Shown: positions 7,611 to 16,653 of the stretch, piece by piece | Numbering within the stretch: position 1 is the first letter of the stretch | Layout of the letters: the number at the start of each line of letters is the position of its first letter | From: Gammaproteobacteria bacterium | GTDB taxonomy: Bacteria > Pseudomonadota > Gammaproteobacteria > Eutrophobiales > Eutrophobiaceae | NCBI GenBank assembly: GCA_965202685.1 | Contig: OZ241853.1 | Coordinates: 1,176,262 to 1,240,261, forward strand | Length of the DNA: 64,000 nucleotides | Direction: 5' to 3' | Made by a program: the position numbers and the translations under genes | The notes under the pieces: model-generated | Database searches by the model: none | What the model was told of the DNA's origin: nothing | What the model saw: the letters and a program-made list of their open reading frames with translations, nothing else

Positions 7611-9278
7611 ATGCTCAAACGCCTCCCTTTCATCCTGTTTGTCGCGGCCCTGGTTCTGGGCGCCTTCTTTGCTGGCATGTGGGTCTGGCAAGCCCGCGTG
7701 TTTCCCTATCACTTGGCGCACTCCGCTCACAAAACCCTGAGGGTCGCTCTGGAAATGCGCAACTTCATCGCGTCTGGAGACAGGGACAAGTTAGTGGCCG
7801 CGGCCCGGCGCGTCGCGCTGGAAAACGCGCCGGAGGGCGAAAGCAACAAGTTAAACACGGCGGACCTGCTTGAGTGCGACAGGTCCGAGGCGGCAAAGAA
7901 AACGAGGAGAAAACTTCGGTCAGAAAAATTCAAGCAACTGGGATGTCTGACAGCGCGCGTTGCCCGCCGCGAGGCGAGTGCAAAGCGCATCGAGTTCATC
8001 GTCGCCGACCGGCTCCATGACCCGGTGCTGGTAGGGGGAGGGGTCGGCATGTTTCTTGAGCATTGTCCACCCCCTCCGCATTCGGGGTTGTCTGGGGGTT
8101 GCTTGGCGGTGGAATATTCGCGCAATGGCGAAGTGAGCCGCGCCGTGCCATTCCGGCCCCAAGCCATCGAAGCGGCCAATATCGTTTCTGAAGAGGACTA
8201 CCTTTCTGAACATCCCCCGGGTTGGGTGTTCTGGAGAAATGTGAATGTGGTGTCAGTCGCCCCCTACCCTGACGGAGACTTGTTGGTCACTTTTCGACTG
8301 GCCCATACTTTTCCCTATGGCGGCGGCGCGGCCCGCGTGGCGCGAGACGGGCATCCGCGCTGGTTTCGCAAGGACTACAGCCACCACTGGCCCCATATTG
8401 TCGATGACCAACTCGCCTTGGTCCCAGGCGGGCGAATGGAATGGGGAAACAACGTTCTGCCCATGCGGGTGGGACATCTGAAAAAAGACATAACCTGTCA
8501 TCGCGATCAGAAATGGATGGTTGACACCGTCAACCTGATAGATGGCAAGGGGCGTCTATTGGAAGAGATTGACATCTTGGGCGCGTTGCTCGAATCTCCC
8601 TACAACGGCATCTTCCTCCTCCAGCTTAGGCAGTGTGATGTCACTCATCTTAACTTCGCGCACCAGCTGGGCGCCGACGCGGGCGGCGCGGACAGCATCG
8701 CCCCAGGCGACATCGTGGCCTCGTTGCGGAGTCTTAGCGCGTTCGGCATCATAGACCGGGACACTCGGCGGCTAAAGCGGTTGGTGCGAGGCAGTTTCGT
8801 CAATCAACACGCTGTCCGTCACTTTGAGAAGGCGCGGTTTCTCATGTTTGACAACTTGGGCACCGATGGCGTTCACGGCCCGTCCCGCTTGTTGATGGTT
8901 GACTTGGCCACCGGCAAGGAAACCACGCTGTTCCCCCGGGACCACACTCCGACCCATCTGCGCCGGGTTACGGCTGTCAATGGCCATATAGAGGTGTCGC
9001 CGGACCGGCAACGCGTTCTCTTCAATGAAAAAACACACGGCCGGATTCTGGAGTTGCGCCTTTCCGATGGCCGGGTTTTGAACATTTTTCGCCAGTTGCA
9101 TGATCTGTCGAGCGTCGATGCCATTCCTGACCCCTTTCGGCAACGGGCGTGGGTTTTCCAATCGGGGGCTTCTAGTTACGCTAACCAATGGTCCGATCAT
9201 CCCTCGACCGTTTCTTTTTCCTCAACATTGACGGCAAGATCGCCATCCGCCACGGAGACGAAAACGCGCCCGCCATGA
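7611..9278 (+). CDS. Membrane-anchored periplasmic protein of unknown function (paralog A). Weak resemblance to arylsulfotransferase-like beta-propeller proteins.
   Basis: 555 aa. N-terminal signal-anchor (LPFILFVAALVLGAFFAGMWVW) then a large soluble domain. Paralogous to 52851-54581. The C-terminal ~30 codons overlap the convergent clpA 3' end, so the real stop may be earlier. Confidence 0.6.
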   Translation: MLKRLPFILFVAALVLGAFFAGMWVWQARVFPYHLAHSAHKTLRVALEMRNFIASGDRDKLVAAARRVALENAPEGESNKLNTADLLECDRSEAAKKTRRKLRSEKFKQLGCLTARVARREASAKRIEFIVADRLHDPVLVGGGVGMFLEHCPPPPHSGLSGGCLAVEYSRNGEVSRAVPFRPQAIEAANIVSEEDYLSEHPPGWVFWRNVNVVSVAPYPDGDLLVTFRLAHTFPYGGGAARVARDGHPRWFRKDYSHHWPHIVDDQLALVPGGRMEWGNNVLPMRVGHLKKDITCHRDQKWMVDTVNLIDGKGRLLEEIDILGALLESPYNGIFLLQLRQCDVTHLNFAHQLGADAGGADSIAPGDIVASLRSLSAFGIIDRDTRRLKRLVRGSFVNQHAVRHFEKARFLMFDNLGTDGVHGPSRLLMVDLATGKETTLFPRDHTPTHLRRVTAVNGHIEVSPDRQRVLFNEKTHGRILELRLSDGRVLNIFRQLHDLSSVDAIPDPFRQRAWVFQSGASSYANQWSDHPSTVSFSSTLTARSPSATETKTRPP

Positions 9279-11458
9279 AGCAACTTGCCGAACAGGAGTT
9301 CCTCGGCGAGCTTCCTTTTAATCCGCTCCTGTAGGAGACGCGCCATGGGTCTGGCCCCCATAACCTTGTCGTAACCATGTTCCCCTAACCACAGGCGGGC
9401 AGCTTCATCCGTTTCGAGAGAGACCTTCTTGTCATCCAGTTGGGCCTGCAACTCCACCAGGAATTTATCCACCACATTGAGTATGGTTTTCTGGTCCAGC
9501 GCGTTGAATTCTATGATGGCGCTGAGACGATTGCGAAATTCCGGGCTGAAGGTCTTTTTGATGATCTCCAGGGCGTCGGAACTGTGGTCTTGCCGGGTGA
9601 AGCCTACGGAGGCTCGGCTGATGCGGTCGGCCCCCGCGTTGGTGGTCATGATTAACACCACATTGCGGAAATCGGCTTGGCGGCCGTTGGTGTCCGTCAA
9701 GGTCCCGTGGTCCATGACTTGCAACATCAGGTTGAACACATCGGGATGGGCCTTTTCCATCTCATCCAGGAGCAACACGCAATGCGGGCGCTTGTTTATC
9801 TCGTCGGTGAGCAGGCCGCCCTGATCGAAGCCCACATAGCCCGGAGGCGCGCCTAACAGGCGCGACACAGTGTGACGCTCCATGTATTCGGACATATCGA
9901 AGCGCACCAAGTCAATCCCCATCACATTGGCCAGTTGCTTGCTGACTTCTGTCTTGCCGACTCCCGTGGGGCCCGCGAACAGAAAAGCGCCTATGGGTTG
10001 TTGCGGATTGCCTAGCCCCGAGCGCGACATCTTGATGGCGAAAGCGAGAGATTCGATGGCCCGGTCCTGGCCGAACACCACCATCTTGAGGTTGCGCTCC
10101 AGATTTTTCATAACATCCTTGTCGGAGGCCGTCACCGTCTTGGATGGAATGCGCGCTATCCGAGAGACGATGGTTTCTATGTCGGGCGCGCCTATAACCT
10201 TCTTGCGCCGCGAGGGCGGCAACAGTTGTTGCGATGCGCCGGCCTCGTCGATGATATCTATGGCCTTGTCGGGCAGGCGGCGGTCAGTGATGTAACGCTC
10301 GGTCAATTCCGTCGCCGAGCGCAGGGATTGGTGGGTGTAGCGCACGGCGTGGTGTTGTTCGAATCTGGACTTGAGCCCTTGCAGGATTTTCACGGTCTCC
10401 TCGATGGAAGGCTCGGTCACATCGATCTTCTGGAAGCGCCGCGCCAGGGCCCGATCTTTCTCAAAGATGCCGCGAAACTCCTGGTAGGTGGTGGAACCTA
10501 TGCACTTGACCTCGCCGGAAGCCAGCACTGGCTTGATGATGTTGGAGGCGTCCATAACGCCGCCGGAGGCAGCGCCGGCGCCGATAACGGTGTGGATCTC
10601 ATCGATGAAAAGAATGGCGCCATCCTGTTCTGTCAGTTCGGCGATGACGCCTTTCAGGCGTTTTTCAAAGTCCCCGCGGTATTTGGTGCCGGCCAACAGG
10701 GCTCCCAGGTCCAAGGCGTGTATGGCGCAACCCGACAGAGCCTCCGGCACCTGTTTTTCGACGATCTGCCTGGCTATGCCCTCCACAATGGCGGTCTTGC
10801 CGACGCCTGCCTCGCCCACTAACAGGGGGTTGTTTTTCCGGCGTCGGCAAAGTATCTGCATGGTGCGCCGCACCTCGTGTTCACGCCCGATGAGCGGGTC
10901 TATCTTGCCCAGTTCCGCCTGCTGGTTCAGGTTCACGGTGAAGAGCTCCAAGGGACTCTTGGCGCTGTCGCCCTGGCGCGTCTCGCTGTCCGCGCCGGTG
11001 GCGGCGCCCTCAGCCCCCTCCTCCGGCACCTTGGAAATCCCGTGGGAGATGTAATTCACCACATCCAGTCGCGTGATGTCTTGCTCATTCAGAAAAAAGG
11101 CGGCATGGGATTCGCGCTCGCTGAAGATCGCCACTAACACATTGGCGCCGGTGACCTCTTGTTTGCCGGTGGACTGCACATGCAACGCCGCCCGTTGCAA
11201 CACCCGCTGAAAGCCCAAAGTGGCTTGGGGTTCCCGCTCGTCGCCCTCGACAAGCAACGGCGAATTGGCGCCAAGGAACTGGGACAGGAGGTCGCGCAAC
11301 TCGCCCAGGTCCGCGCCGCAGGCCCGTAGCGCTTGGGCGGCAGGGGGGTTGTCCAGCAGAGCCAACAGCAGACACTCGACCGTCAGATATTCGCGCCGCG
11401 CCTCCCGCGCCTTCCTGAAGGCGTCGTGCAGAGTTTGTTCCAAGTCTTTATCAAGCAT
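9197..11458 (-). CDS. clpA: ATP-dependent Clp protease ATP-binding subunit ClpA
   Basis: Two AAA+ modules with Walker A motifs (GEAGVGKT, GPTGVGKT) and the ClpA N-domain. Start probably MLDKDLEQTLH at 11458 rather than the ORF track's 11515. Immediately downstream of clpS, as in proteobacteria. Confidence 0.95.
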   Translation of the reverse strand: MLDKDLEQTLHDAFRKAREARREYLTVECLLLALLDNPPAAQALRACGADLGELRDLLSQFLGANSPLLVEGDEREPQATLGFQRVLQRAALHVQSTGKQEVTGANVLVAIFSERESHAAFFLNEQDITRLDVVNYISHGISKVPEEGAEGAATGADSETRQGDSAKSPLELFTVNLNQQAELGKIDPLIGREHEVRRTMQILCRRRKNNPLLVGEAGVGKTAIVEGIARQIVEKQVPEALSGCAIHALDLGALLAGTKYRGDFEKRLKGVIAELTEQDGAILFIDEIHTVIGAGAASGGVMDASNIIKPVLASGEVKCIGSTTYQEFRGIFEKDRALARRFQKIDVTEPSIEETVKILQGLKSRFEQHHAVRYTHQSLRSATELTERYITDRRLPDKAIDIIDEAGASQQLLPPSRRKKVIGAPDIETIVSRIARIPSKTVTASDKDVMKNLERNLKMVVFGQDRAIESLAFAIKMSRSGLGNPQQPIGAFLFAGPTGVGKTEVSKQLANVMGIDLVRFDMSEYMERHTVSRLLGAPPGYVGFDQGGLLTDEINKRPHCVLLLDEMEKAHPDVFNLMLQVMDHGTLTDTNGRQADFRNVVLIMTTNAGADRISRASVGFTRQDHSSDALEIIKKTFSPEFRNRLSAIIEFNALDQKTILNVVDKFLVELQAQLDDKKVSLETDEAARLWLGEHGYDKVMGARPMARLLQERIKRKLAEELLFGKLLHGGRVFVSVADGDLAVNVEEKETVEG

Positions 11459-11477
11459 GTTCGATCTTGCGGTTTTT

Positions 11478-11810
11478 TCAGGCTTTTTCCATTGTACACA
11501 GCAAAGGGTGTTCATGCTCGCGCGAATATTGGTTGACCTGCGCCACCTTGGTCTCCGCGATTTCCAAGGTAAAAACGCCGCACACTCCTATCCCCCTGGT
11601 GTGCACCTCTAACATGATCCGCGTCGCGGTTTCCCGGTCCATGACAAAAAAGGCCTCGAGAATATGGACGACGAACTCCATGGGCGTGTAGTCGTCATTC
11701 ACCAAGATGACCTTGTAGAGGGGCGGGCGCTTGAGTTTCGGCTCGGCTTCCTCCAGAGCCGTGCCGCCTTCGTATTGTTCGTAAGGCAATTGCGAGGACA
11801 TGGCGATCAC
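11478..11810 (-). CDS. clpS: ATP-dependent Clp protease adaptor protein ClpS
   Basis: 110 aa. [24 protein letters not shown] is the canonical ClpS core. In clpS-clpA operon order. Confidence 0.95.
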   Translation of the reverse strand: MIAMSSQLPYEQYEGGTALEEAEPKLKRPPLYKVILVNDDYTPMEFVVHILEAFFVMDRETATRIMLEVHTRGIGVCGVFTLEIAETKVAQVNQYSREHEHPLLCTMEKA

Positions 11811-11899
11811 TTGTTTGACTTTCAGGGCGAATGATAGTGCAGTAAAGACGCCATTGCAACTTGCAGTTTTCCGTCATGCTGCCTAGCGCGACACTCGAG

Positions 11900-12012
11900 G
11901 GCCTAGCTTGGGGTCGGGCTTTTTGCGACACGCTGTGAATCCATCCTTGGACGCTCTCGGCGCGGCCATCCAGGCCGCACAGGGTCTTAAAGGCCCTGCC
12001 CCAAGCTACGCC
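11900..12012. repeat. ~115-nt hairpin-forming intergenic element (module C), copy 1 of 5. Candidate structured RNA or ERIC-like palindromic repeat.
   Basis: gggcctagcttggggtcgggcttttt...ccatcc...gctctcggcgcggccatccaggccgc(a/g)cagggtcttaaaggccctgccccaagct. The outer ~17-bp stem has compensatory changes across the copies at 25213-25348, 36600-36735 and 43893-44022, plus a truncated copy at 39036-39100. Confidence 0.6.
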
Positions 12013-12192
12013 CCTTTTAGCTTGTTAGTTTTCCGTTATCCTGCCTGGCGCTTCCGCGTTCAGTCAGTTTAGCTTGTCACATCCGCCATGCATCGCGGCA
12101 TTTCTTCACGCGGTCGGTCATGTATTTGACATACACTCCCTCCCGCGCTCATCATGCCGCTTGCCTGACGAAAAATTTCCGTCGCTAAATGC

Positions 12193-14283
12193 TTGTCGCG
12201 CCAGTTGCCTAACGAAAAACTTCCGTCGCTAAAACACACTTGCAGGCTCCATTATTTTGCCTGGCGCATTGACCGCTATAATGATGGCATTATGGCGGCA
12301 ATGAAAAATCGCATTGGAGAACGGATCCGGTTCCATGGCTTAGCGTTGATTGCATGCGCCCTGTTCCTCCTTGCGGGCCTCGCCATCGTCGATGACTACG
12401 GCGTTTCGGCGGACACAGACCCTCAACGGGATATCACCCTCGCTAACCTCAACCACATCCTGCATGACGGCCCAACCCTGTTGCGAAGGGCCGCTGACCA
12501 CCTCTACGGCGTCGCCTTCGAGTTGCCCCTGTTCCTGTTGACGGAACGGATCCTGGGGCTGGAAGACCCGCGTCATGTCCACTTGGCCCGCCATGTCCTG
12601 ACCCATCTGTTTTTTCTAATCGGCGGGTTCTGTTGCTATCTGCTGGCGTTTCGATTGTCCGGCGACCGGCTGGTGGCTCTGTTGGTCATGTTGCTGTTTC
12701 TCTTGTCCCCGCGTCTTTACGCCCATTCCTTTTTCAACAGCAAGGATCCGGTGTTCGCCAGCGCCTTCGTCATGGCCTTGCTCTTTGCGAGCCGCGCCTT
12801 TGACAGGGACTCGGTGGGGGCCTATCGGTGGAGCGGGATGGCAGTGGGGCTTCTCGTCAACCTGCGCATCATGGGCGTGGTTCTGTTTGCCGCCGTGTTG
12901 GTCTTTCGGGCCTGGGCCTGGTTCCGGGCCGAGGGGGGCGCGGCGCGGCGGCGGGTGGTGGCGACCACTGGCGTTTTTGCCCTGTGGGGGGGCCTTGTCT
13001 TGTTCATCAGCCTGCCCTACCTCTGGAGGGACCCCGCAGGGCGGCTGGCGGAAATGGTCGTTGCATCGGCCAATCATCCCACCACCGTTTACATGTTGTT
13101 TGGAGGGAAGGTTTTTCTCAGCGCGGCGTTGCCTTGGGACTATGTGTTGCGCTGGTTCGCCATCAGCCAGCCGCCGGTGACCCTGTTGTTGGGTTTGTTG
13201 GGCCTAGGAGCCTTGGGCCTTGCCGCTGGAAGCGTCGTCAGACGCGGCGCAGACGCCGCGCCGGGGCGCGGCTTGGGAGGGGGCGCCGAGTTGCGCTTCG
13301 GCGTCCTGCTCGCAGCCTGCTTTGCGTTGCCCCTGGTTGCTTTTGTTCTGTTGCGGCCCAATACCTACCATGGCTGGCGGCATTTTTATTTCCTGCACGG
13401 GCCGTTTTGCCTGCTGGCGACCTTCGCCCTGATGGGGATGCGCCAGCTGTCGGCGCGGGGGTTGCAAAGAAGATGGGTCGGCGGCGCGGCTTGCGCACTG
13501 ACGGCGATGGGGCTGGGCGTCGTGGTGGTCCAGATGGCGCAGATCCATCCCCACCAATATCTCTATTTCAACTTTTTTGTGGACCGGAAGACACCGGAGC
13601 GGTTGCGCGCTTGGCACGAGATGGATTACTGGAATATGACGCTACGGCAGGGTTACGAATACATGCTGAGACAGACCCCGGCCGGCGCCATTAACATCAA
13701 AGAAGACTTCGCAACAAGGAAAGAGAAGTTGGATATAGAGATTCTTCCCGCGGCAGACCGGCACCGGTTCGGCCACGACCCGACTCGCGATTTGAACTTC
13801 TATTTGGACAAAAGCCCGGGCCGGTACCTGCCGGTAGAGACTTTCCCCCCCGTTCTTTACCGGCTCAAGGTCTATAACAACACCATTATGACCATTTCCA
13901 CGCCAGATCTGTCCCGGGTTGACCCGAGGGTGGCGGAGGTGTATCGGGTCTTGCATCGAGCGGCGACGGAGGAGGAGGCGGCTCGCGGGGGCGGCTATGA
14001 AGTCCACCGGCACGGCCGGTGGCTGGCGTGGGTGAAAGAGGCTTGCGAGCCTGGGGCACTGAGGCGCGAGTTCTGGCTCAAGCTTTATCCGGCGGACGCG
14101 GGCCGCTTGCCGGCCCATCATCGGAAACGGGGCTACTTTATAATCAGCGTCCGCGGGGTGCGGTTTGACGGCAAGTGCCTGGGGGCGCGACGGCTGCCGG
14201 ACTTCGCCTTGGCCCGCGCGCGCCTGGGGCAGTCTGTTCCTGGAGGGGAGTTGCTATGGGAAACCGAGGTGCCTCTTCTTTAG
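12193..14283 (+). CDS. Array copy 1: GT-C-fold (ArnT/PMT/GtrC-like) polytopic membrane glycosyltransferase-like protein with conserved C-terminal periplasmic domain
   Basis: 696-aa ORF (likely start MAAMKNRIGE near 12292). 11 predicted TMs, DDYG in the first periplasmic loop, and conserved motifs LSPRLYAHSFFNSKDPVFASAFVMALL, WRHFYFLHGPFCLLATFAL, KVYNNT, VRFDGKCLGARRLPDFALAR. C-tail class ...LLWETEVPLL. Confidence 0.85.
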   Translation: MSRQLPNEKLPSLKHTCRLHYFAWRIDRYNDGIMAAMKNRIGERIRFHGLALIACALFLLAGLAIVDDYGVSADTDPQRDITLANLNHILHDGPTLLRRAADHLYGVAFELPLFLLTERILGLEDPRHVHLARHVLTHLFFLIGGFCCYLLAFRLSGDRLVALLVMLLFLLSPRLYAHSFFNSKDPVFASAFVMALLFASRAFDRDSVGAYRWSGMAVGLLVNLRIMGVVLFAAVLVFRAWAWFRAEGGAARRRVVATTGVFALWGGLVLFISLPYLWRDPAGRLAEMVVASANHPTTVYMLFGGKVFLSAALPWDYVLRWFAISQPPVTLLLGLLGLGALGLAAGSVVRRGADAAPGRGLGGGAELRFGVLLAACFALPLVAFVLLRPNTYHGWRHFYFLHGPFCLLATFALMGMRQLSARGLQRRWVGGAACALTAMGLGVVVVQMAQIHPHQYLYFNFFVDRKTPERLRAWHEMDYWNMTLRQGYEYMLRQTPAGAINIKEDFATRKEKLDIEILPAADRHRFGHDPTRDLNFYLDKSPGRYLPVETFPPVLYRLKVYNNTIMTISTPDLSRVDPRVAEVYRVLHRAATEEEAARGGGYEVHRHGRWLAWVKEACEPGALRREFWLKLYPADAGRLPAHHRKRGYFIISVRGVRFDGKCLGARRLPDFALARARLGQSVPGGELLWETEVPLL

Positions 14284-14468
14284 CTTGTTACATCCGCCAT
14301 GCAACTTGACGCATTGACCACATTTTAGCGACGGAAGTTTTTCGTCAGGCAAGCGGCGTGACGAGCGTTTAGCGACGGAAGTTTTTCGTCAGGCAACTGG
14401 CGTGACGAGCGCGGAAACGCCGCGCCACATGGCGGAAAGCTAACAAGCTAAAAGGGTAATATGGCGGT

Positions 14469-16478
14469 ATGGCGGCAATGACAAACCCCATTGGAGAACG
14501 GGCCCGATTTCATAGTCTGGCGTTGATCGTGTGGTCCCTGTTCCTGATAGCGGGCCTCGTCATCGGCGATGACTACGGCGTCCCGCCGTATGCGGGAGGC
14601 CAGCGTTTTGTCGCCATCGACACCCTCAACTATGTCCTGCATGGGGACCAAACCCTGTTGCAAATAGCCGCTGACCGCTTCTACGGCGTCGCCTTCGAGT
14701 TGCCCCTGTTCCTGTTGGAACGGGTCGTGGGTCTGGAAGACCCGCACTATGTTTATTTAGCCCGCCATGTTCTGACCCATCTGTTTTTTCTAATCGGCGG
14801 GTTCTGTTGCTATCTGCTGGCGCGGCGCTTGGCCGGCGACCGGCTGATCGCGCTGTTGGTCATGTTGCTGTTCCTGCTGTCCCCACGCCTTTACGCCCAT
14901 TCCTTCTTCAACAGCAAGGATGCGGTGTTCGCCAGCGCCTTCGTCATGGCATTGCTCTTTGCGAGCCGCGCCTTTGACAGGGACTCGGTGGGGGCCTATC
15001 GGTGGTGCGGGGCGGCGGCGGGGCTTCTCATCCACCTGCGCGTCATGGGCGTGGTTCTGTTTGCCGTCGTGTTGGTCTTTCGGGCCTGGGCCTGGTTCCG
15101 GGCCGGGCGCGGCGCGGGGCGGCGGCGGGTTGTAGTGACCACTGGGGTCTTTGCCCTGTGGGGGGGCCTTGTCTTGTTCATCAGCCTGCCCTATCTCTGG
15201 GGCGACCCCATAGGGCGTCTTTCAGAATATTGGACAGTGTTGGCCGACCATCCTGTCGTTTTTTATGAATTGTTCCGGGGTCAGGTGTTTTTCAGCGCGG
15301 CGTTGCCTTGGGATTATGTGTTGCGCTGGTTCGCCATCAGCCAGCCGCCGGTGACCTTGTTGTTGGGCCTGTTGGGCATGGGGGTCTTGGGCCTTGCCGT
15401 TAGGGGCGCCGTCAGACGCGGCGCGGGCGCCAGGCCGGGGCGCGGTTTGGGCGCCGCCGAGTTGCGCTTCGGCGTCTTGCTCGCAACCTGCTTTGCGTTG
15501 CCCCTGGTTGCCTTTGCCCTGTTGCGGCCCAACACCCTCCAGGGTTGGCGGCATTTTTATTTCCTGCACGGGCCGTTTTGCCTGCTGGCGACCTTCGCCC
15601 TGGCGTGGTTGCGCCAGCTGTCGGTTCGAGGGTTGCAAAGAAGATGGGTCGGCGGCGTTGCCTGCGCGCTGACAGCGGCGGGGCTAGGCGCGGCAGCGTT
15701 GGAGATGGCGCAGATCCATCCCCATCAATATCTCTATTTCAACTTTTTTGTGGACCGGAAGACCCCGGAACGGCTAAGCGAGCGCTACGAGACGGATTAC
15801 TGGAACATGATGTTGCGGCAAGGGTATGAACACATTCTGCGGCAAACGCCTGCTTCCACCATTAACATGAGGCCGCGGGTAGTTGGGACGGCGATGGTGG
15901 GGGTAGTTGGGACGGCGACGGTGGCGGACATCAACCGCAATGTGCAGATCCTTCCGGAGGCGGCCCGGAGCCGGTTCATCTTCGACCCCGCTCGGGACCC
16001 GGATTTCTACTTGGGCGGAAATGCGGAGAAAAGCTTCCTGCCTAAAGATCCTTTCTCTCCCGTTCTCCATCGGATCAAGGTCTATAACAACACCATTATG
16101 ACCATATCCACACCGGATTTGTCCCGGGTTGACCCAGCGGTGGCGAATGCGTATCGGGCTTTGCAGCGGGCGGCGATGGCGGGGGCGCCGGCGGCGCGGG
16201 CGGGGGGCTTTGATGTGCACCTGCATGGCCAGCGGCTGGCGTGGGTGAAGGAGGCTTGCGAGCCTGGGGAATTGATGTCGCCGTTCCGGCTCAGGTTTTA
16301 TCCGGCGGACGCGGGCCGGTTGCCGAACCATCTCCGGAAACATGGCTACTTTGCAACCAGCGTCCGCGGGGTGCGGTTTGACGGCAAGTGCCTGGGGGCG
16401 CGACGACTGCCGGATTTCGCCTTGGCCCGGGTGCGCTTGGGGCAACCAGGGAAGTGGGAAGTCGACATCCCCTTTTAG
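14469..16478 (+). CDS. Array copy 2: GT-C-like membrane glycosyltransferase paralog
   Basis: 669 aa with the same conserved TM core and C-terminal domain. Linker contains a 24-bp x2 in-frame tandem repeat (15879-15926, VVGTAMVG/VVGTATVA). C-tail class GKWEVDIPF. Confidence 0.85.
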   Translation: MAAMTNPIGERARFHSLALIVWSLFLIAGLVIGDDYGVPPYAGGQRFVAIDTLNYVLHGDQTLLQIAADRFYGVAFELPLFLLERVVGLEDPHYVYLARHVLTHLFFLIGGFCCYLLARRLAGDRLIALLVMLLFLLSPRLYAHSFFNSKDAVFASAFVMALLFASRAFDRDSVGAYRWCGAAAGLLIHLRVMGVVLFAVVLVFRAWAWFRAGRGAGRRRVVVTTGVFALWGGLVLFISLPYLWGDPIGRLSEYWTVLADHPVVFYELFRGQVFFSAALPWDYVLRWFAISQPPVTLLLGLLGMGVLGLAVRGAVRRGAGARPGRGLGAAELRFGVLLATCFALPLVAFALLRPNTLQGWRHFYFLHGPFCLLATFALAWLRQLSVRGLQRRWVGGVACALTAAGLGAAALEMAQIHPHQYLYFNFFVDRKTPERLSERYETDYWNMMLRQGYEHILRQTPASTINMRPRVVGTAMVGVVGTATVADINRNVQILPEAARSRFIFDPARDPDFYLGGNAEKSFLPKDPFSPVLHRIKVYNNTIMTISTPDLSRVDPAVANAYRALQRAAMAGAPAARAGGFDVHLHGQRLAWVKEACEPGELMSPFRLRFYPADAGRLPNHLRKHGYFATSVRGVRFDGKCLGARRLPDFALARVRLGQPGKWEVDIPF

Positions 16479-16653
16479 CTTGTTAATTTTCCGCCATGCA
16501 TCGCGGCGTTTCTTCGCTCGGTCAGTCATGTATTTAATATACACTTCTTCCCTCGCTCATCACGCCGCTTGCCTGACGAAAAATTTCCGTCGCTAAAATA
16601 GTCGTAGTTTTCCGTTATCCCGCCTGGTGCATTGACCACTATATAATAGCGGC

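Noticed and set aside
9181-9378. The 65-aa ORF and the long C-terminal tail of gene A overlapping the clpA 3' end.
   Set aside because: The small ORF is antisense/out of frame within clpA. The gene A tail beyond the point where paralog B stops (…YANRF) is probably read-through of an open frame, not a conserved extension.
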